Positions 36,630 to 49,514 of a DNA stretch of 64,000 bases are shown here, one piece after another (position 1 is the first letter of the stretch; the number at the start of each line of letters is the position of its first letter). The translations under genes were made by a program, and so were the position numbers. Origin of the DNA: Chlorokybus atmophyticus (Eukaryota > Plantae > Mesostigma and Chlorokybus algae); NCBI GenBank assembly GCA_009103225.1, contig RHPI01000585.1, positions 62,001-126,000 of the forward strand, in the 5' to 3' direction. The notes below the pieces were generated by a model. That model searched no databases and was not told where the DNA came from. It worked only from the letters and a program-made list of their open reading frames with translations.

Positions 36630-39177
36630 TCACAAGCCTTCAAACAGCCAGGCATCCCCGAGCCGCTCATTGGTGGGGTTCAGCCCCCCGAACACAAACA
36701 CGCGGTCGCCGTCCAACACGGCCATGTCGAACCAGCCTCGCGGTGACGGGGCTGGTGACTTCCCATCATGAACCTGTGTGGGAGATCGCATACAAGGTGG
36801 TGAGCTTGAGATATGTTGTGGCCAGAGAGAGCCTCCACCAAGCCTGCACGCGCACCTTGCTCCATGCTCGGGTCTTGATGTCCAGCACGTACGAGTCGTT
36901 GAAAAAGTTGCCAGCACCCTCATGGCCCAAAGCAGACGCATCCTACAGGTGGAAGGGTTGTACACGGGCGTGAGATAGTACTCGAGTATGCCGCATATGA
37001 GGTGAGACGAACATGTTGACAGGATGCCCAGCTCGCCAGCAACAAGCATGTCACGTAACAGATAATCTGGCTACCTGCTCTCCAGCAAACGCGAACACGC
37101 GCTCTCCCGACAGCAACCCCGCACCAAGCACACTGCGTGCAGGAGGCGCCTGCCCTGCAGTCCAACAGAGAGGGGAACACATAAGCAGTTACACTTGATG
37201 GCATGTGTTGTGCATGGCTCGCTCAAACCGAGCTGACTGAGGCCCTGACTCCCAGCCTCGCATAAGGCCTTCCTTGTGCGACCCCCNNNNNNNNNNNNNN
37301 NNNNNNNNNNNNNNNNNNNNNNNNNNNNNNNNNNNNNNNNNNNNNNNNNNNNNNNNNNNNNNNNNNNNNNNNNNNNNNNNNNNNNNNNNNNNNNNNNNNN
37401 NNNNNNNNNNNNNNNNNNNNNNNNNNNNNNNNNNNNNNNNNNNNNNNNNNNNNNNNNNNNNNNNNNNNNNNNNNNNNNNNNNNNNNNNNNNNNNNNNNNN
37501 NNNNNNNNNNNNNNNNNNNNNNNNNNNNNNNNNNNNNNNNNNNNNNNNNNNNNNNNNNNNNNNNNNNNNNNNNNNNNNNNNNNNNNNNNNNNNNNNNNNN
37601 NNNNNNNNNNNNNNNNNNNNNNNNNNNNNNNNNNNNNNNNNNNNNNNNNNNNNNNNNNNNNNNNNNNNNNNNNNNNNNNNNNNNNAGTAGGTAAGGCTTA
37701 TCTCCCTCTCTCCCTCCCTCCCTCCCTCCCTCTCTATATATATATGTGTGCCCTCCACTTGTGCGCCAACACACCTACAACCCCCTTCTCAATCGTGCCA
37801 GTACAGCTTCATGAATAAACATGCCACACTGTGGCAGTGTATGAAACACAGCAGTTAAGTCTACCCTCAGACGATACCTGTGCAGTGGAGCTCTTCCCAC
37901 TGTCGTGTTGAGGTGTCAAAAACCCACGTGTCCCCGAGTTGTTTCCCGCAGAAACCGTAAAGAACATACAGCAGGTCACCACTGTTGTTGTCATCATCGT
38001 GTCCACCACTTTGCTTTCTGAAGCCCACCAATGTGGATCCGCCGCGCCCGATTGGTGCCGGCGAGTCCCCTTTCGGACTCAAACGCGTCCACATCATTGT
38101 GTCCGTGTCGAGGCAATGTATGTCGGCGAGCCTCCCACTGCAGTGTGTGCGCGTGCGAGTGTGTGCATGCGCGCGCGTGTGCGCGCGCATGTGTGTCTGC
38201 GTGTGTGCTGCACTTATGTGCATCGCTGTGCGTACTGACTGAAACACAAACCCACCACCTCTCTCACCTGTTGCCGCAGCCGCCAAACACGTACACTCTG
38301 TTGTCGATCGTCGTCATGCAGTGGTACGAGCGGGCTTCAGGCGGTGTCCCGGACGTGCTCGGCTGCGACCATTCTCCCCTGCATGATCGCATTACTCACC
38401 TTATTTTTGACATCACGCGATGGCGAGAACAACGTAAACGGTCGGATGCATACGTTCATGCAACATGGCTAGTGTGCGCACGTGGGCATTGCGTTGTATG
38501 CATTCAGACCGCGCACACTGCATGCACTTGGTCCAACACAAAACATGCGCATACGTGCGTGCGTACGGAAAACGCGTGCGCGTGTCCTCACAGACACATC
38601 GTGCGTTGGTGTGTATGTGCGCACTCACTCGCTCACTCATTGCACACACATGCATGACTTTGCAGCTCGTACCGTCACACGAACACGCAAAACCAAGACA
38701 CACAGCACAACACACGAGTATCTTCTCACGTTGCTAGGTCGAACGCGTACAGTGCCTCCGACTCTTGCCCTTTCCCAAGCGCCCCTCCCCGCCTGCCCCC
38801 GAACACAAACACCCTCGTCCCCACCGCGGTGGCGGCGTGGCCCAGGACGGGGGGAGGAGGGGGACCGGACTGGACTGGCACCGCCGACCAGGAGAGGGAG
38901 GAGGAGGAGGAGGAGGAGGAGGAGAGGTCCAAGGCGTGCACGGAGACGTTGTCCTGTGTGTGTGGGTGGGTGGGTGAGTGTTGGCATGTGGGGTGTATGT
39001 CCCATGCATGCTGTGTGTGCTTACGATGGGGCGGCGGGGGGCGTCCTCTCCGCCGAAGACGACCACCCTAGATAACGTTGTTGACGACGACGACGACGAG
39101 GCGGCGGGGATGGCAACGACGGCGTGGCTGCTGCGGGCGCACGGCGCCGCCGCCGCCTCAACCTGCCGCCACGCCAT
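36630..39177 (-). CDS. Kelch-repeat protein of the nitrile-specifier-protein-like subfamily, multi-exon; one intron contains a 400-nt gap
   Basis: W...PCARSSHAV...VVFGGEDAPRRPI, LGHAATAVGTRVFVFGG, PEARSYHCMT..RVYVFGGC, GRGGSTL...VLYGFCGKQLGD, ARSVLG...FAGE.DASALGHEGAG.F, PSPRGWF...FGGLNPTNERLGD. Confidence 0.88.
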
Positions 39178-39992
39178 CGTTAACGATCAACCACAACAGA
39201 GTGAATGCACATGACTACGTGATCGAAGTCAATCTTTCTTGCACTTGCACTCTTGTAACAACAGACGGCGGACCACCGCTTCTCTGCAGCCGACCGGCGG
39301 CTGAGGTTGAAGAGTGCGTTGGTGAGTCAGCATCTTTATACAACATACACGAATGAGTAGCAGTCTGTTGTTGTACTATTTTGAGTTAGTCAGCGCTACT
39401 GCGCGTATGAAGAAATGCGATGGAGGATGTTGCCATGCACGACACAGGCATAGCAGAAAACATTCCCAAGGTTCACATCATTGCCACGTTGTGTTGCAAG
39501 GTATGTCGAGGTGCGTCGAGGCCTAGTGGTAATGCTGCAGAGTTTCGCAAATGTAAGCGAGGGTGGGGCATTGGGATTGTACATCAAAGGACGGGCCATA
39601 TGCAATGGGGAAGTGCATGTCAGCGGGACGTGTGTTGGAGGTACTGCTGGCCTGCCATACCTACCCTGGACACGAATGGGACTCGCAAGACAAGCATGAC
39701 ACATGCATGCCTACACTCAACATGGTACGCATCACAACTTCAACAGGCGAGGACAAACTTAATAACAGGACAAAAGCACGACGTGTTTTTGTTCATCGTC
39801 TTGTGTGAATATTCCCAATTTGGGAACGTTTTGCTTTCTAAGCCTCAATCCAAGCATGCAACTACCTCTAAGCAGCTCACACCAGCATCAATCCAAGCCC
39901 AATCTGTCTCATCAAACACTGTGCGTACCAACATTCAATCAAACCATGCATCTGACAAAGTCAATCTGAAAACACTTCCCCCCAATATTTGC

Positions 39993-42900
39993 TCATCTAG
40001 CCACCGGTGCAATGCGCACACCAGTCGTTGCATTTGAGACATCTGCAACACAACGAGTTGACTAACAAAAGACCACATAGCTGAGAACCATTGTGCAACC
40101 ACATGCATACATGGTATTAGCCAACAACAGCAGCACATGACGTACCAGTCGCTGTACCCGGTGCCACCAGGGACACACCGTAGGGTCCCCTGCCAACAAC
40201 CACGTTGTTGTTGAGGGTCACGACCAGGCTTTCAGCAACGTACACGACGGCGTTCTGGTTGACGTTGTAGTCGAGCGCGGTCCGGCGCGGCATAATGTGC
40301 CTGTGTACATAAGTGCAATGCATTCCACATGCACGCAAGCACACGTGCACAGATGTTCACGCATGCATGTGTCCACGCTCATGTGTGCACGCGCGCAGAC
40401 ACGCGTGCATGCATGCAGCGTGGATACGTACACCCACACACACGCACACGCACACGCACACGCACACGCACACGCACACGCACACGCACACGCACGTACA
40501 CGTACACGTACACGCGCGCACATGCAAGCACACCCGCATACACGGACGCGCATTCACATATACACACGCCCCGCACACCCCTACACATTGAGACACACAT
40601 ACATGCACGTGTGCGCACGCACATATGTAGCACAACTACCTGTATGAACTGGTTGCTGTTGGTTACAGCATTGTATGCAGCAAACAGGACGATGTTCACT
40701 CCGCACGTGCGAATCAACCTGTTCTTGGAGATTACAATTGTGTTCCAGGCAGAGGGCAGTCTTTCACCTCTAGCATCACGCATAACACCGGTGATGGAGA
40801 TAGCTCCAGCCTGTCAAAGTAAGCCACACAACACAACACTACAACATGAAGCAAGCTGGTGTTGTGTATGTGTGCGTGTGCGCATGGATGTATTGTGTGC
40901 ACGCGTGTACGTGCGCTTGTGCAGTGCTGTATGAATGCTTATGTGCACTCGCATGATCAGAAACCTGAAGACTGTAGGGCGCTGGAAAGACGCAGCGACT
41001 CTTGATCAAGGTGTTGTTTTTGATGAACAATTGGTAGCCTGCAAAGGCGCCTTCCACCAGAATATCCGAGCTGGCTGTGATATCGCCGATCCTGTTGATG
41101 TTATTCTCAATATGTCCACCACCCTTCGCCATGACACGCCCCATTCTGTTGACACGGTTGTTGCGAAAGATGAGTCCGTTGCCTTGTCTGGTGGGATAAT
41201 GCAACGAAGTCCCAACACTGAAACGCATGTTGCCGGTCACCGCGACAACGTATACGCCATGATCGGTTGACAAAGCCACAACTCGTAAGGCTGCGTTGCG
41301 GCGAGCTTGTCGAGCACAGTCGCACTCACTTGCGCTTCTGTTAACGGAACTAAATTCACATCTAAGATAACAGCATTTGGTTGGCCTAGTCCTTGGCTCA
41401 ATCTATCGCCCGCGGACAGGTATGCAACCGTGCTTCTCGCTGCTAAATGTCATTGTGGGGCAGGCGCTATTACCTGGCGACAAGCTTGGTAGTCTGCATG
41501 ACAGTTGTATGGTTACCGCATTGTTGATTGCCATGTGGATGCATCTTGAAGGTGTGTGAGACAGCTTATTGTATGTTTGCGAGCACCACAAAGTCTTCTG
41601 AAGCGACGCTCCAAGTGTCGTCGCCGCAGCTCTTGATGATGATGTTCTGCACGATGGGGCCAACGTTGGTGTTGATGTGTACCAGACCGTCCCATACGGA
41701 AGAAAGCAGTCGAGGCACAGTCGCACCAGGAGGGGTTGGCCCTGCGGTGTGTACGTGCATGAGTGCATGTGCGTGTGCGCCTGCCTGTGTGCATGCTGAC
41801 GAGCATGTGTGCGTGTGTGGGAGCGTGCGCGCACATGCACACAGGCACTCATTTGCATATGCATGCGCATGCATATGCAAGTAGTGCCTCAACTGCACAT
41901 TGTTCTCGTCGTTGGCCTGCCCAAGACCACATTCCTGTACAAGCAGCAGCAGAAGGTCTCACTTGGCTGTATCACCATGCCACTAACAATCGTGCTGCCG
42001 GGGCCGGCTGTTTCCACGAAAGCAGCGCCGGGGGTGGTGTGTATGGTCACGTCGTCAAAATTCAAACCGCCACCACACTGTGACAGCATACACCCATAAG
42101 CATGACATCATCGGGCACAGCCGCAACAAGCACGCAATACCTGGTAAATACTAAGGCCATGGGGACTCCCACGCAGGACCCGCGTTCGCGCTCATGACAA
42201 TGTAGCTGTTCACAATGGCCGTCAACCCAATATCGTCCTTATGCACGCGCACAACATCGTCCAACAACGCCTCAACCCAAGCACCCCACCTGTAAATTTA
42301 ATGACTGTTGTTAACTAATTGATGTTTGACAGCTTGCGAGCGAACACGCACACGCACATGTGCAACTGTGTACGCGCATGCGGGCACACACACACACACT
42401 CACATGTAAGGAAAGCCGTACTGGACGTAAAGAGTGTGTGGACTGACAATCGTAGTGCGCTCAGAATCGGCGGTCTTGGGATACCCGTCGTGCAGCTGGA
42501 CATCAACGTACTTCTATATTGCGGGTCCACAGCGATGACGGTGCCTTGCGTGAATGCAAACGCAGAAGGATGGTAGTCTATGGTTGGCCCCCTGAGCACC
42601 ACATTCCTACACCTGTGCACATGGACACAAGCAACAACATGCTGCTATTCCACGCACGTGCAACCGCACAAACACTTCCACGAACATGCTCAAACTATAT
42701 GTACCAAGGTCATCACGTTGCTGCAATAGGACTTACCCTGACATTTGCACAGCTCGCGTGCGGTTCATGCAGGTGATGGTGACACCGGTGGCAACAATCT
42801 CCAGGTCGCTGGCACCCTCGATGAACAGGTGGCCTTGGCCGTCAATCGCCGCTTGGAGAGCATAGTTGCCTGGCGGGATGACCACTTGTGGAGCTCCACT

Positions 42901-43075
42901 CTAGATTACCGCGTCGATCAACTCTTGAACAGACTGCTGCTGCAGCAAATGTCTTGATAATGGTGTGCGGATGCCATGCACCAGCTGGAGGTCTGTAATG
43001 AAGGGTGGTGGTGGTGATGGCAAGCAGCAGCCATAGAGTCCCCTGTGGCCTGCAACAGAGCAACAGTACAGTGAG
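39993..43075 (-). pseudogene. Right-handed parallel beta-helix protein of bacterial type (GH110-like), intron-containing and disrupted; 5' end unresolved
   Basis: IDAVI*SGAPQVVIPPGNY...HLFIEGASDLEIVATGVTI, RNVVLRGPTIDY...FTQGTVIAVDP(fs)KYVDVQLHDGYP, NFDDVTIHTTPGAAFVE, RLLSSVWDG...VGPIVQNIIIKSCGDD, RQGNGLIFRNNRV, NTIVISKNRL. TAG at 42901-42903 and an apparent frameshift near 42515. Confidence 0.75.
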
Positions 43076-43534
43076 CTGAACACAACACAACCAGCACGAC
43101 ACAAATACACAACACAATAGCAAAGGTTGTTGCATCACACTGACCAGCACGTGCTTGTGCCCAGCATTCTGTGCGCTGTGTGCATTGCTTGCGTTGTGCT
43201 TTGGCCGCAGTGTCAAGCATAGCAACTAGCATAGCAACACATGCATGTGTGCGCTTTAGTTGCGAAAAGCTGCACTGTAGGCAGGCTACTAAGCGGCTGC
43301 TACCCAGCCAAGTGTGGTCGCTCGTTGCAAGTGGTAACTTTCCACAATCATGCATTTATCATGAATAACAAACAGAGGTACTGGTTGACACATTTCAAGG
43401 ACACAGTACAGCTACACCTAAGCAGCTTCCCTTAGCTATACTATGTAAGGTTGGTGGCTACAAAGAGAAGTACTTGTTGACAGATTTTGAGCTTACATAG
43501 TACAGCTGCACCACCCAGCAGCTTACCTTAGCTG

Positions 43535-43577
43535 TACTATGGAAGATTGGTGGCTGAGCCACCAATCTTCCATAGTA
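43535..43577. repeat. Perfect hairpin with 20-bp arms and a 3-nt loop
   Basis: TACTATGGAAGATTGGTGGC-TGA-GCCACCAATCTTCCATAGTA. A degenerate copy of the left arm lies at about 43425-43458. Confidence 0.85.
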
Positions 43578-46492
43578 GGTAAGGCTTATCTCAGCTGTAC
43601 TTAGCAAGAGATTACTAGTAGTAATGCTGACCTGCAGCCAGCTGCTTTTTATAAGTGCTGTTTGATCCATGCGGCGTGATGGGGGCGAGGAGGTGGCTTT
43701 CCAGCTGGCCTTCACGCAGTCCAGTGCATGCAGTCAGCAGTAGCTCAAACAGCAGTATTCGCCCCAAAACGCGCACTCCTGGCCCACTAGGTTGGACCCT
43801 AACCCCTTTCCAAGCAGCTGCAATTATATTACAAAGCAACCTGTCAAGTCAATCCTACAGTCCGCGTGTGTGTATCCTCTAAGCTAGCTATTACCAGATG
43901 CTAGCAAGCTCAAAGGACACACTGTGGGGTTACGGCAACCCCACCGGCAAGCCGCTTACCTGTGGGCTTATTGGAATTTTTCAACAATCAAACAGGTAAT
44001 CAGCTGCAATCTTTTGGTGTGTATGCGCTGCTTCAGTGGCACCTTCAGTGCACAGAACTCAAAGCATGTATGGCTTGCGCGGTCCCCCCACACCAGTAAC
44101 ACTTTCGGACAAGCACAGATGTAGCCTTGAGCCTGTCGTATCATTGCACAACTAACGGGCTGCTGCTTTGGCATGTGGTGGAGGTGAACCACGCTCGCTG
44201 AGATGGGCTTTTGACGTGGAAAAGCTGCAAGGACAACATGGTACATGTGCGTGTAGGGCGGCGGCAGCTCCGCACAAGCATGCAGCGGGTGCCTCCTCCG
44301 GTCTTGATCTAGGTCCCTATCAATAAACAAAGGATGGGCTGCGAAGCACACATGCGCAGGAGGAGCCGCACTGCAAGCAAAAGAGCGAGAGTCGCCCTAA
44401 GTGCCTTGCCATGGACAAGACAGTTGCTGCTTGCATGGGCGCTAAGCACCGCCCCGTGTAAAATGCTGAGGTTTCGTCCAAGAACTGAACCGCCGACAAA
44501 TTTCGGGAAGCGTCAATAGTCGGCAAGGCGAAGTGCAACAGTCATTTCCAATTTGGCACTGCCAATGACCATCAATTGCACAAGCACAATGATGTACAAA
44601 ACTAGCTGGGAGAGAGTCTAGCGAAACAAGATTGGATACAGACTTTGCCGGCGCGGCACTTCAACAAGCAATGTAAGAAAACAACACGAGGGAGGAAGAG
44701 GATGCCTGTCTTACTTTACCGCTTCACACACTCACATGTGTCCAATGTTTGCATGCATAGGGTAAGAGTTACATTGTACATGCAGTCTGTGCACACACAC
44801 GAACAACATTAGTAACACGCAAGTGAATAAGCATGCGTGCGCACCACACAAATAGTGTGACACAACCCTCACGTGACAGGAGAGCCGGTCTAGCAGCGCA
44901 TATATGCTTATAATTATATATGACAAGGGGGGTAACTACTAGGGCAGGTAGTAAATATAAAGCTTGCTATTGTATTCGTGCGCATACCNNNNNNNNNNNN
45001 NNNNNNNNNNNNNNNNNNNNNNNNNNNNNNNNNNNNNNNNCCCCCACCCCCCTCGGGGTATAATATTTGAGGGTTTCGTAATTAGGGGGTTTAGGGGAGA
45101 GGTCTATTTCCTTAAAACGGTACCACTACAAGCAAAACATTATATGCAGTAATTGTTAAATAACCATTATAATGCCGCATATGCGTAAAGGTTACACAAT
45201 GCAGCAAATACACAAGTGCCTCATAAACCCATATGTGCATCGTGCCATCATGCATTTGCACTACCAATGGTATCAGGGTCCAAATACACTGTGTGCATTG
45301 AAAATGCCCTTTGTAAGGCTGCAATAAAGCATACATATTACTTGCTCCCCCCTCCCCCCCCCCCCTTACCTAAAATACAAAGTACGTAAGAAGGCGCGCT
45401 AAGTTAAGACATGTACCACAACATGATGACATATCACCTACTTGTATGCATGGATTACCCAACTGCGCCTTGAGTGTATGAATGCACAATAGCATATTAT
45501 TAAAGATGAGCAAGCATAGCCCTTGATGGCCATTTGCATATGTAATATATTAGCTGTTCTAGCTGAGCGGCATATATATATGATAATCAAGTTTTGCTTT
45601 TAAAAAATTGCATGTTACTTTACTTGCAAGCTATGTCACAAACGCACTTCACAACAGAGTATAGGGTGATTCCGCCTAATTTCGGGTGCTAACCTAATTT
45701 CGTGCGTTGGTAGTTTTTGGCAGTTTTTGGCGGAATGGTGAAGGGAATGGCGGTGGGGAAGATACCCCTGGGTTCCTCTGAGCCGGGCTATCTACCCATG
45801 CTTTCAGTTTCAAATTTGAAGCAGTAGCGCGCGCACTATGCAATTTTGAATAGGCTTTTATAGGTAGTTAAATGTGAAAACTGATGGTATGGAATTTTGG
45901 TTGGTAATAACTCTTGCAAACTAATAGCTTTTGACATGGGGTCTTTTGCATCATGTTATATACTGTATAATACAACTTTTCACCAAGTTTCATGCTAATT
46001 GGAAAAGAATTGAGACAGTTGAGTGTGCCATGGGGGGGGGGTTGCGCGTACGTAATCTTGAAGTGAGGGTCAGTAGTAACTTTTGACTCCGTGCATATTT
46101 TAAGGTGGGGTTTTGGCATTGTTCTAGTTATGGTATAATACACATTCATCTAAAGTTTCATGCCATTTGCATGTCTACTCCAACTATTAGGTATGACACT
46201 CATGAGAGTGTTGTGTAAGATTTTCAAATGTGCATGCAAGTTGTGGCGGGTGTTGTGGCAGCGACCTAGCGACATGGGTTGTTGACATTGTGATTGAGAA
46301 GGTTGTGTGCATGCTTGCTGTGCCATTGCATTGCGGGTGGTAGTAGTTGGTTAGTTGAGTGGGGGAGGGGTGACATTACACACGGGGCTAGTCAGGCACA
46401 CAAGCAAGAGCTCTGCATTACAAGGAGAGGATGGTCAACAAGGATATTAGGTACCTACTCTACCTCTACCAGGCTGGCTCAGAACTGCTTGG

Positions 46493-48677
46493 ATGCCATT
46501 GCAGTGTCTCATCACAGCCAGTATGTGCAATGCTATGCAGGTGAAACGCTCAGCTTCTGGTGCCAAGCGTGTCACCAACAAGAAGGTGCAGTTGGAGGCC
46601 AAGTCCGGCCTCAACCAGCACAAGAGGGGCCACTACATCAGCAAAGCAGCACGTGCAAAGCTGCTGGAGGCTGTGCCAGCAGTTTTGGAAGCAGCCAAGT
46701 CTGGTTGCATGAGCCTCGCTAAGGCTGCCAGAGAGGTTGGACTTCCCCCTTCCACTATGCTTGACTACCACCACAACCCATCCCAGCTGCAAGCATACAA
46801 GTAAGTTAGCTGTTAGCCATGCAGAGTTCCTGTTGCAGCAGTGAGAACTGTTAGCACAACCATCAGCTTACTTGCGTGCTGATGTTGGTAGGGGAGCTGG
46901 TCGCCCTTGCGTGTTGACGTTGGAGGAGGAGACTGAGCTCGTGAGCGTGCTCACTCATGCCAACAACATGGGGAATGCCATGATACTCACTGAGATTGCT
47001 ATGTACGTGGCTAAGCTGCTTGTGAAGGATGATAGAAGGGCATGCTTCAAGGATGGCATACCGGGCTACAAGTGGGTGGCATCGTTTAGAAAGAGACACA
47101 AGCTGAGTAAGAGGAAGGCAGAACCTCTGGATGCTAGTCGTCGTGGAAGCTTCAAACGCTGGATAGTCAAGGACTACTTCCAGACACTGCGTGAGGTATT
47201 GGACCACCTGCAGATAGGTCCCGACCGCATCATTAGCTGTGATGAGATTGGAGTAGAGCCTGAGTCCTGCATGAAGAACTGTGAGGTCATTGTGAAACGG
47301 TGAGTACCATTATGTTGCAGTTGTGCAAAGTGTGTGATGCAATGCTTGACCAGCTGTGTGCATGCAGAGGGTCAGAGTGGGCACAGCTTGACACCTCTGG
47401 TGGGCGCCAACATGTCACCATCATGGCAGCAGTGACTGCAACCGGCTATGCCATCCCCCCGGGAGCCATCATGAATGGTGCCAAAGTATATGAAGAGTGG
47501 TATGCAGCATGGGACATACCTGGAGCACAGCTAGCAGTGCAAGAGAATGCATGGATGACCACGGAGCTGTTTGGCACCTGGATTGACCACCTTGCACATA
47601 ACATGCCTGGTGGGATCAGCCCCTCCAACCCTGCGCTGCTGATATGTGACGGCCATGTAAGCAGATACAATGTCAAGACCATTGACAAATGCAGAGACAT
47701 GGGCTTAGAGGTCCTGGTGCTGCCCCCCCCACACAACCCACAGACTCCAAGTGCTGAACGTTTCATGTTTCAGCAGTTTCAAAGCTAAGTACCGGAAGGA
47801 GTACAGGGCATGGTTTGCCAACAACCAACATGTGAGAGGCTTGCCTAACGAGGCAATCCTAAGGATGCTAGTGGGCAGTTTCTACGCAGGCTCAGTGCAC
47901 AGAATATCATCCACGGATTCAGAGCATGTGGTAAGCATGCATGTAATGTGCATGCATGCATGTGTGCATGCAAGCCCATAACTGACCTGCCTGTGATGCT
48001 ATGCAGGTATCCACCCCTTCAACAATTGTGCTGTTGACAAGTACCTTCCCCCTAAAGGACCCAAGGGTGCACTGGACTGCCTGCTGGATGCCCTGGAGAG
48101 GGGGGGTTGCGAGGAGGAGGAGTTGGTGGAGGAAGAGCAGCAGGGAGATGCTGAGACTGCTGCTGCACCAGAGACCCAAGATGTAGCCAAGAAGAGGAGG
48201 GTAGGTGTGCGCCCTAAGACTGCTGAGTGGCTAACAAGCCAAGATGTAAGAGACAGGCAGCAAGGCATTGCGGAGGAGAGGAGGCAAAAGCAAAAAGGCA
48301 TAGCAGCACACAAGGCAACCAGAAAGACCAAAAGACGTGACAAGGAGGCAACCAATGCAAGAAGGGCCACCGAAACACAAGCAAAGAAGCAGCAGGCAGA
48401 CAAGAAGAGGGAGCAAGAGCATGAGAAGGCAGCAAGGGCAGCTAAGCGAGAAGCGGCCAGATTAGCCAAGCAAGAGGAGGCCTTACGCAAGGAGGCGGAT
48501 GTCAAGGAGGGGCTGTTGCTGGCGCAGGAGAGGAGGGAGAAGAACAGCAGGGAAGCCCTGGAGCTATACCACAGCTGGAGTTGGGACAGCTGCAATTGGG
48601 TGAGCGAACGCCATGTGCCGTTCTTCGTTTGGGCAGAGGAGCTGCTCCTCAAGGTGGATCGCCGCCTCTGCTACTAG
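46493..48677 (+). pseudogene. Pogo-like transposase (HTH + CENP-B-type HTH + DDE_1) with introns, frameshifted
   Basis: MSLAKAAREVGLPPSTM (HTH), GRPCVLTLEEETEL...PGYKWVASFRKRH, IISCDEIG, RQHVTIMAAVTATG..IPP, NAWMTTELF, LLICDGHVS, LPP(fs)HTTHRLQVLNVSCFSSFK. The frameshift lies in a C run near 47725 and the third D reads N. The C-terminus is Lys/Glu-rich. Confidence 0.9.
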
Positions 48678-49113
48678 GAGGAGCATAAGGCAGCCAGAGA
48701 GGCTGGCGCCCGCTGGAGAGCACGTAGGGTTAGGCATAAGTAGAGAAAGACAAGCGTAGCCAGCTGTACATACACCCATGCAACCGCACATATACAACCC
48801 CATCGCTTGCATGCTGTCGCTGTAGCCTAATACTTGCATGCTGCCGCCTTGTCGTCAACATTGCACACTGCCTTGCATGCTGCCTTGCCCCCCCCCTCTC
48901 CCATCATTTGCTGACACAGTTGAAAGGGCGGGAATGTCAACCAGCGCCAGCTGTGCTGACCGCCGCCACCGCCGGCCTTACCCACAACGTTGGGCTGGTG
49001 CTTACGTCGCCCCACAGCGCAAAAGCACCGCCCGAAATTAGGACAGGTAGATTTTATTCTGCAAGCTGACACACCCTTACCTGTGCAGCGTCGTATCTGA
49101 CGCGCACCACATA

Positions 49114-49165
49114 TGGTCCGTGCCGCACCTTGTATGGTGCGGCACGGACCAGTACTCTATGCTAG
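49114..49165 (+). mobile_element. Candidate Helitron-type 3' end: 16-bp-arm hairpin, 10-nt spacer, CTAG followed by T
   Basis: TGGTCCGTGCCGCACC-TTGTAT-GGTGCGGCACGGACCA-GTACTCTATG-CTAG|T. A partial second copy lies at about 49228-49255. Confidence 0.4.
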
Positions 49166-49404
49166 TTCCTGGATGCGGACCAGGAGTGGGCCCGCGGCTC
49201 AGCGGCCCGGCAGCCGCGCACCGCACATGGTCCGTGCCGCACCATGTATGGGGGCGGCAATGTTGCTGGTTGGCGGCCCTGCAGGGCGCGCTACACGTGT
49301 ACCATGACTGAAGTATCGTTATTGCATGTAGGAGTACGTAGGTACATTGTGTGTATCATCATTTAATATATGACAGGCCGCACCGACTGTCGCCGCTTAC
49401 CATA

Positions 49405-49509
49405 AAGTGGACAGTCGCAAATGGTCGGCGGCTGTCAATGTATATTGACAGCCGGCTGTCCATGTACATTTTAACTTGACAGCCGCCGACCAGTTGCGGC
49501 TGTCCACTT
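49405..49509. repeat. 34-bp inverted repeat (2 mismatches) built from GACAGYCG motifs; the same motif recurs at 50200-50500; probable non-autonomous DNA element
   Basis: AAGTGGACAGTCGCAAATGGTCGGCGGCTGTCAA (49405-49438) versus TTGACAGCCGCCGACCAGTTGCGGCTGTCCACTT (49476-49509). Confidence 0.65.
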
Positions 49510-49514
49510 GTGGC

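Noticed and set aside
40218-40647. ORFs of RTRT, HAHA or CVCV repeats here and in KUP introns
   Set aside because: They are translations of intronic (CA)n, (CACG)n and (CACACC)n microsatellites.
43968-44538. Possible signal-peptide exon (ALRATLALLLAVRLLLRMCASQP) for the beta-helix gene
   Set aside because: No in-frame ATG and no convincing splice path to the 43075 exon could be established.
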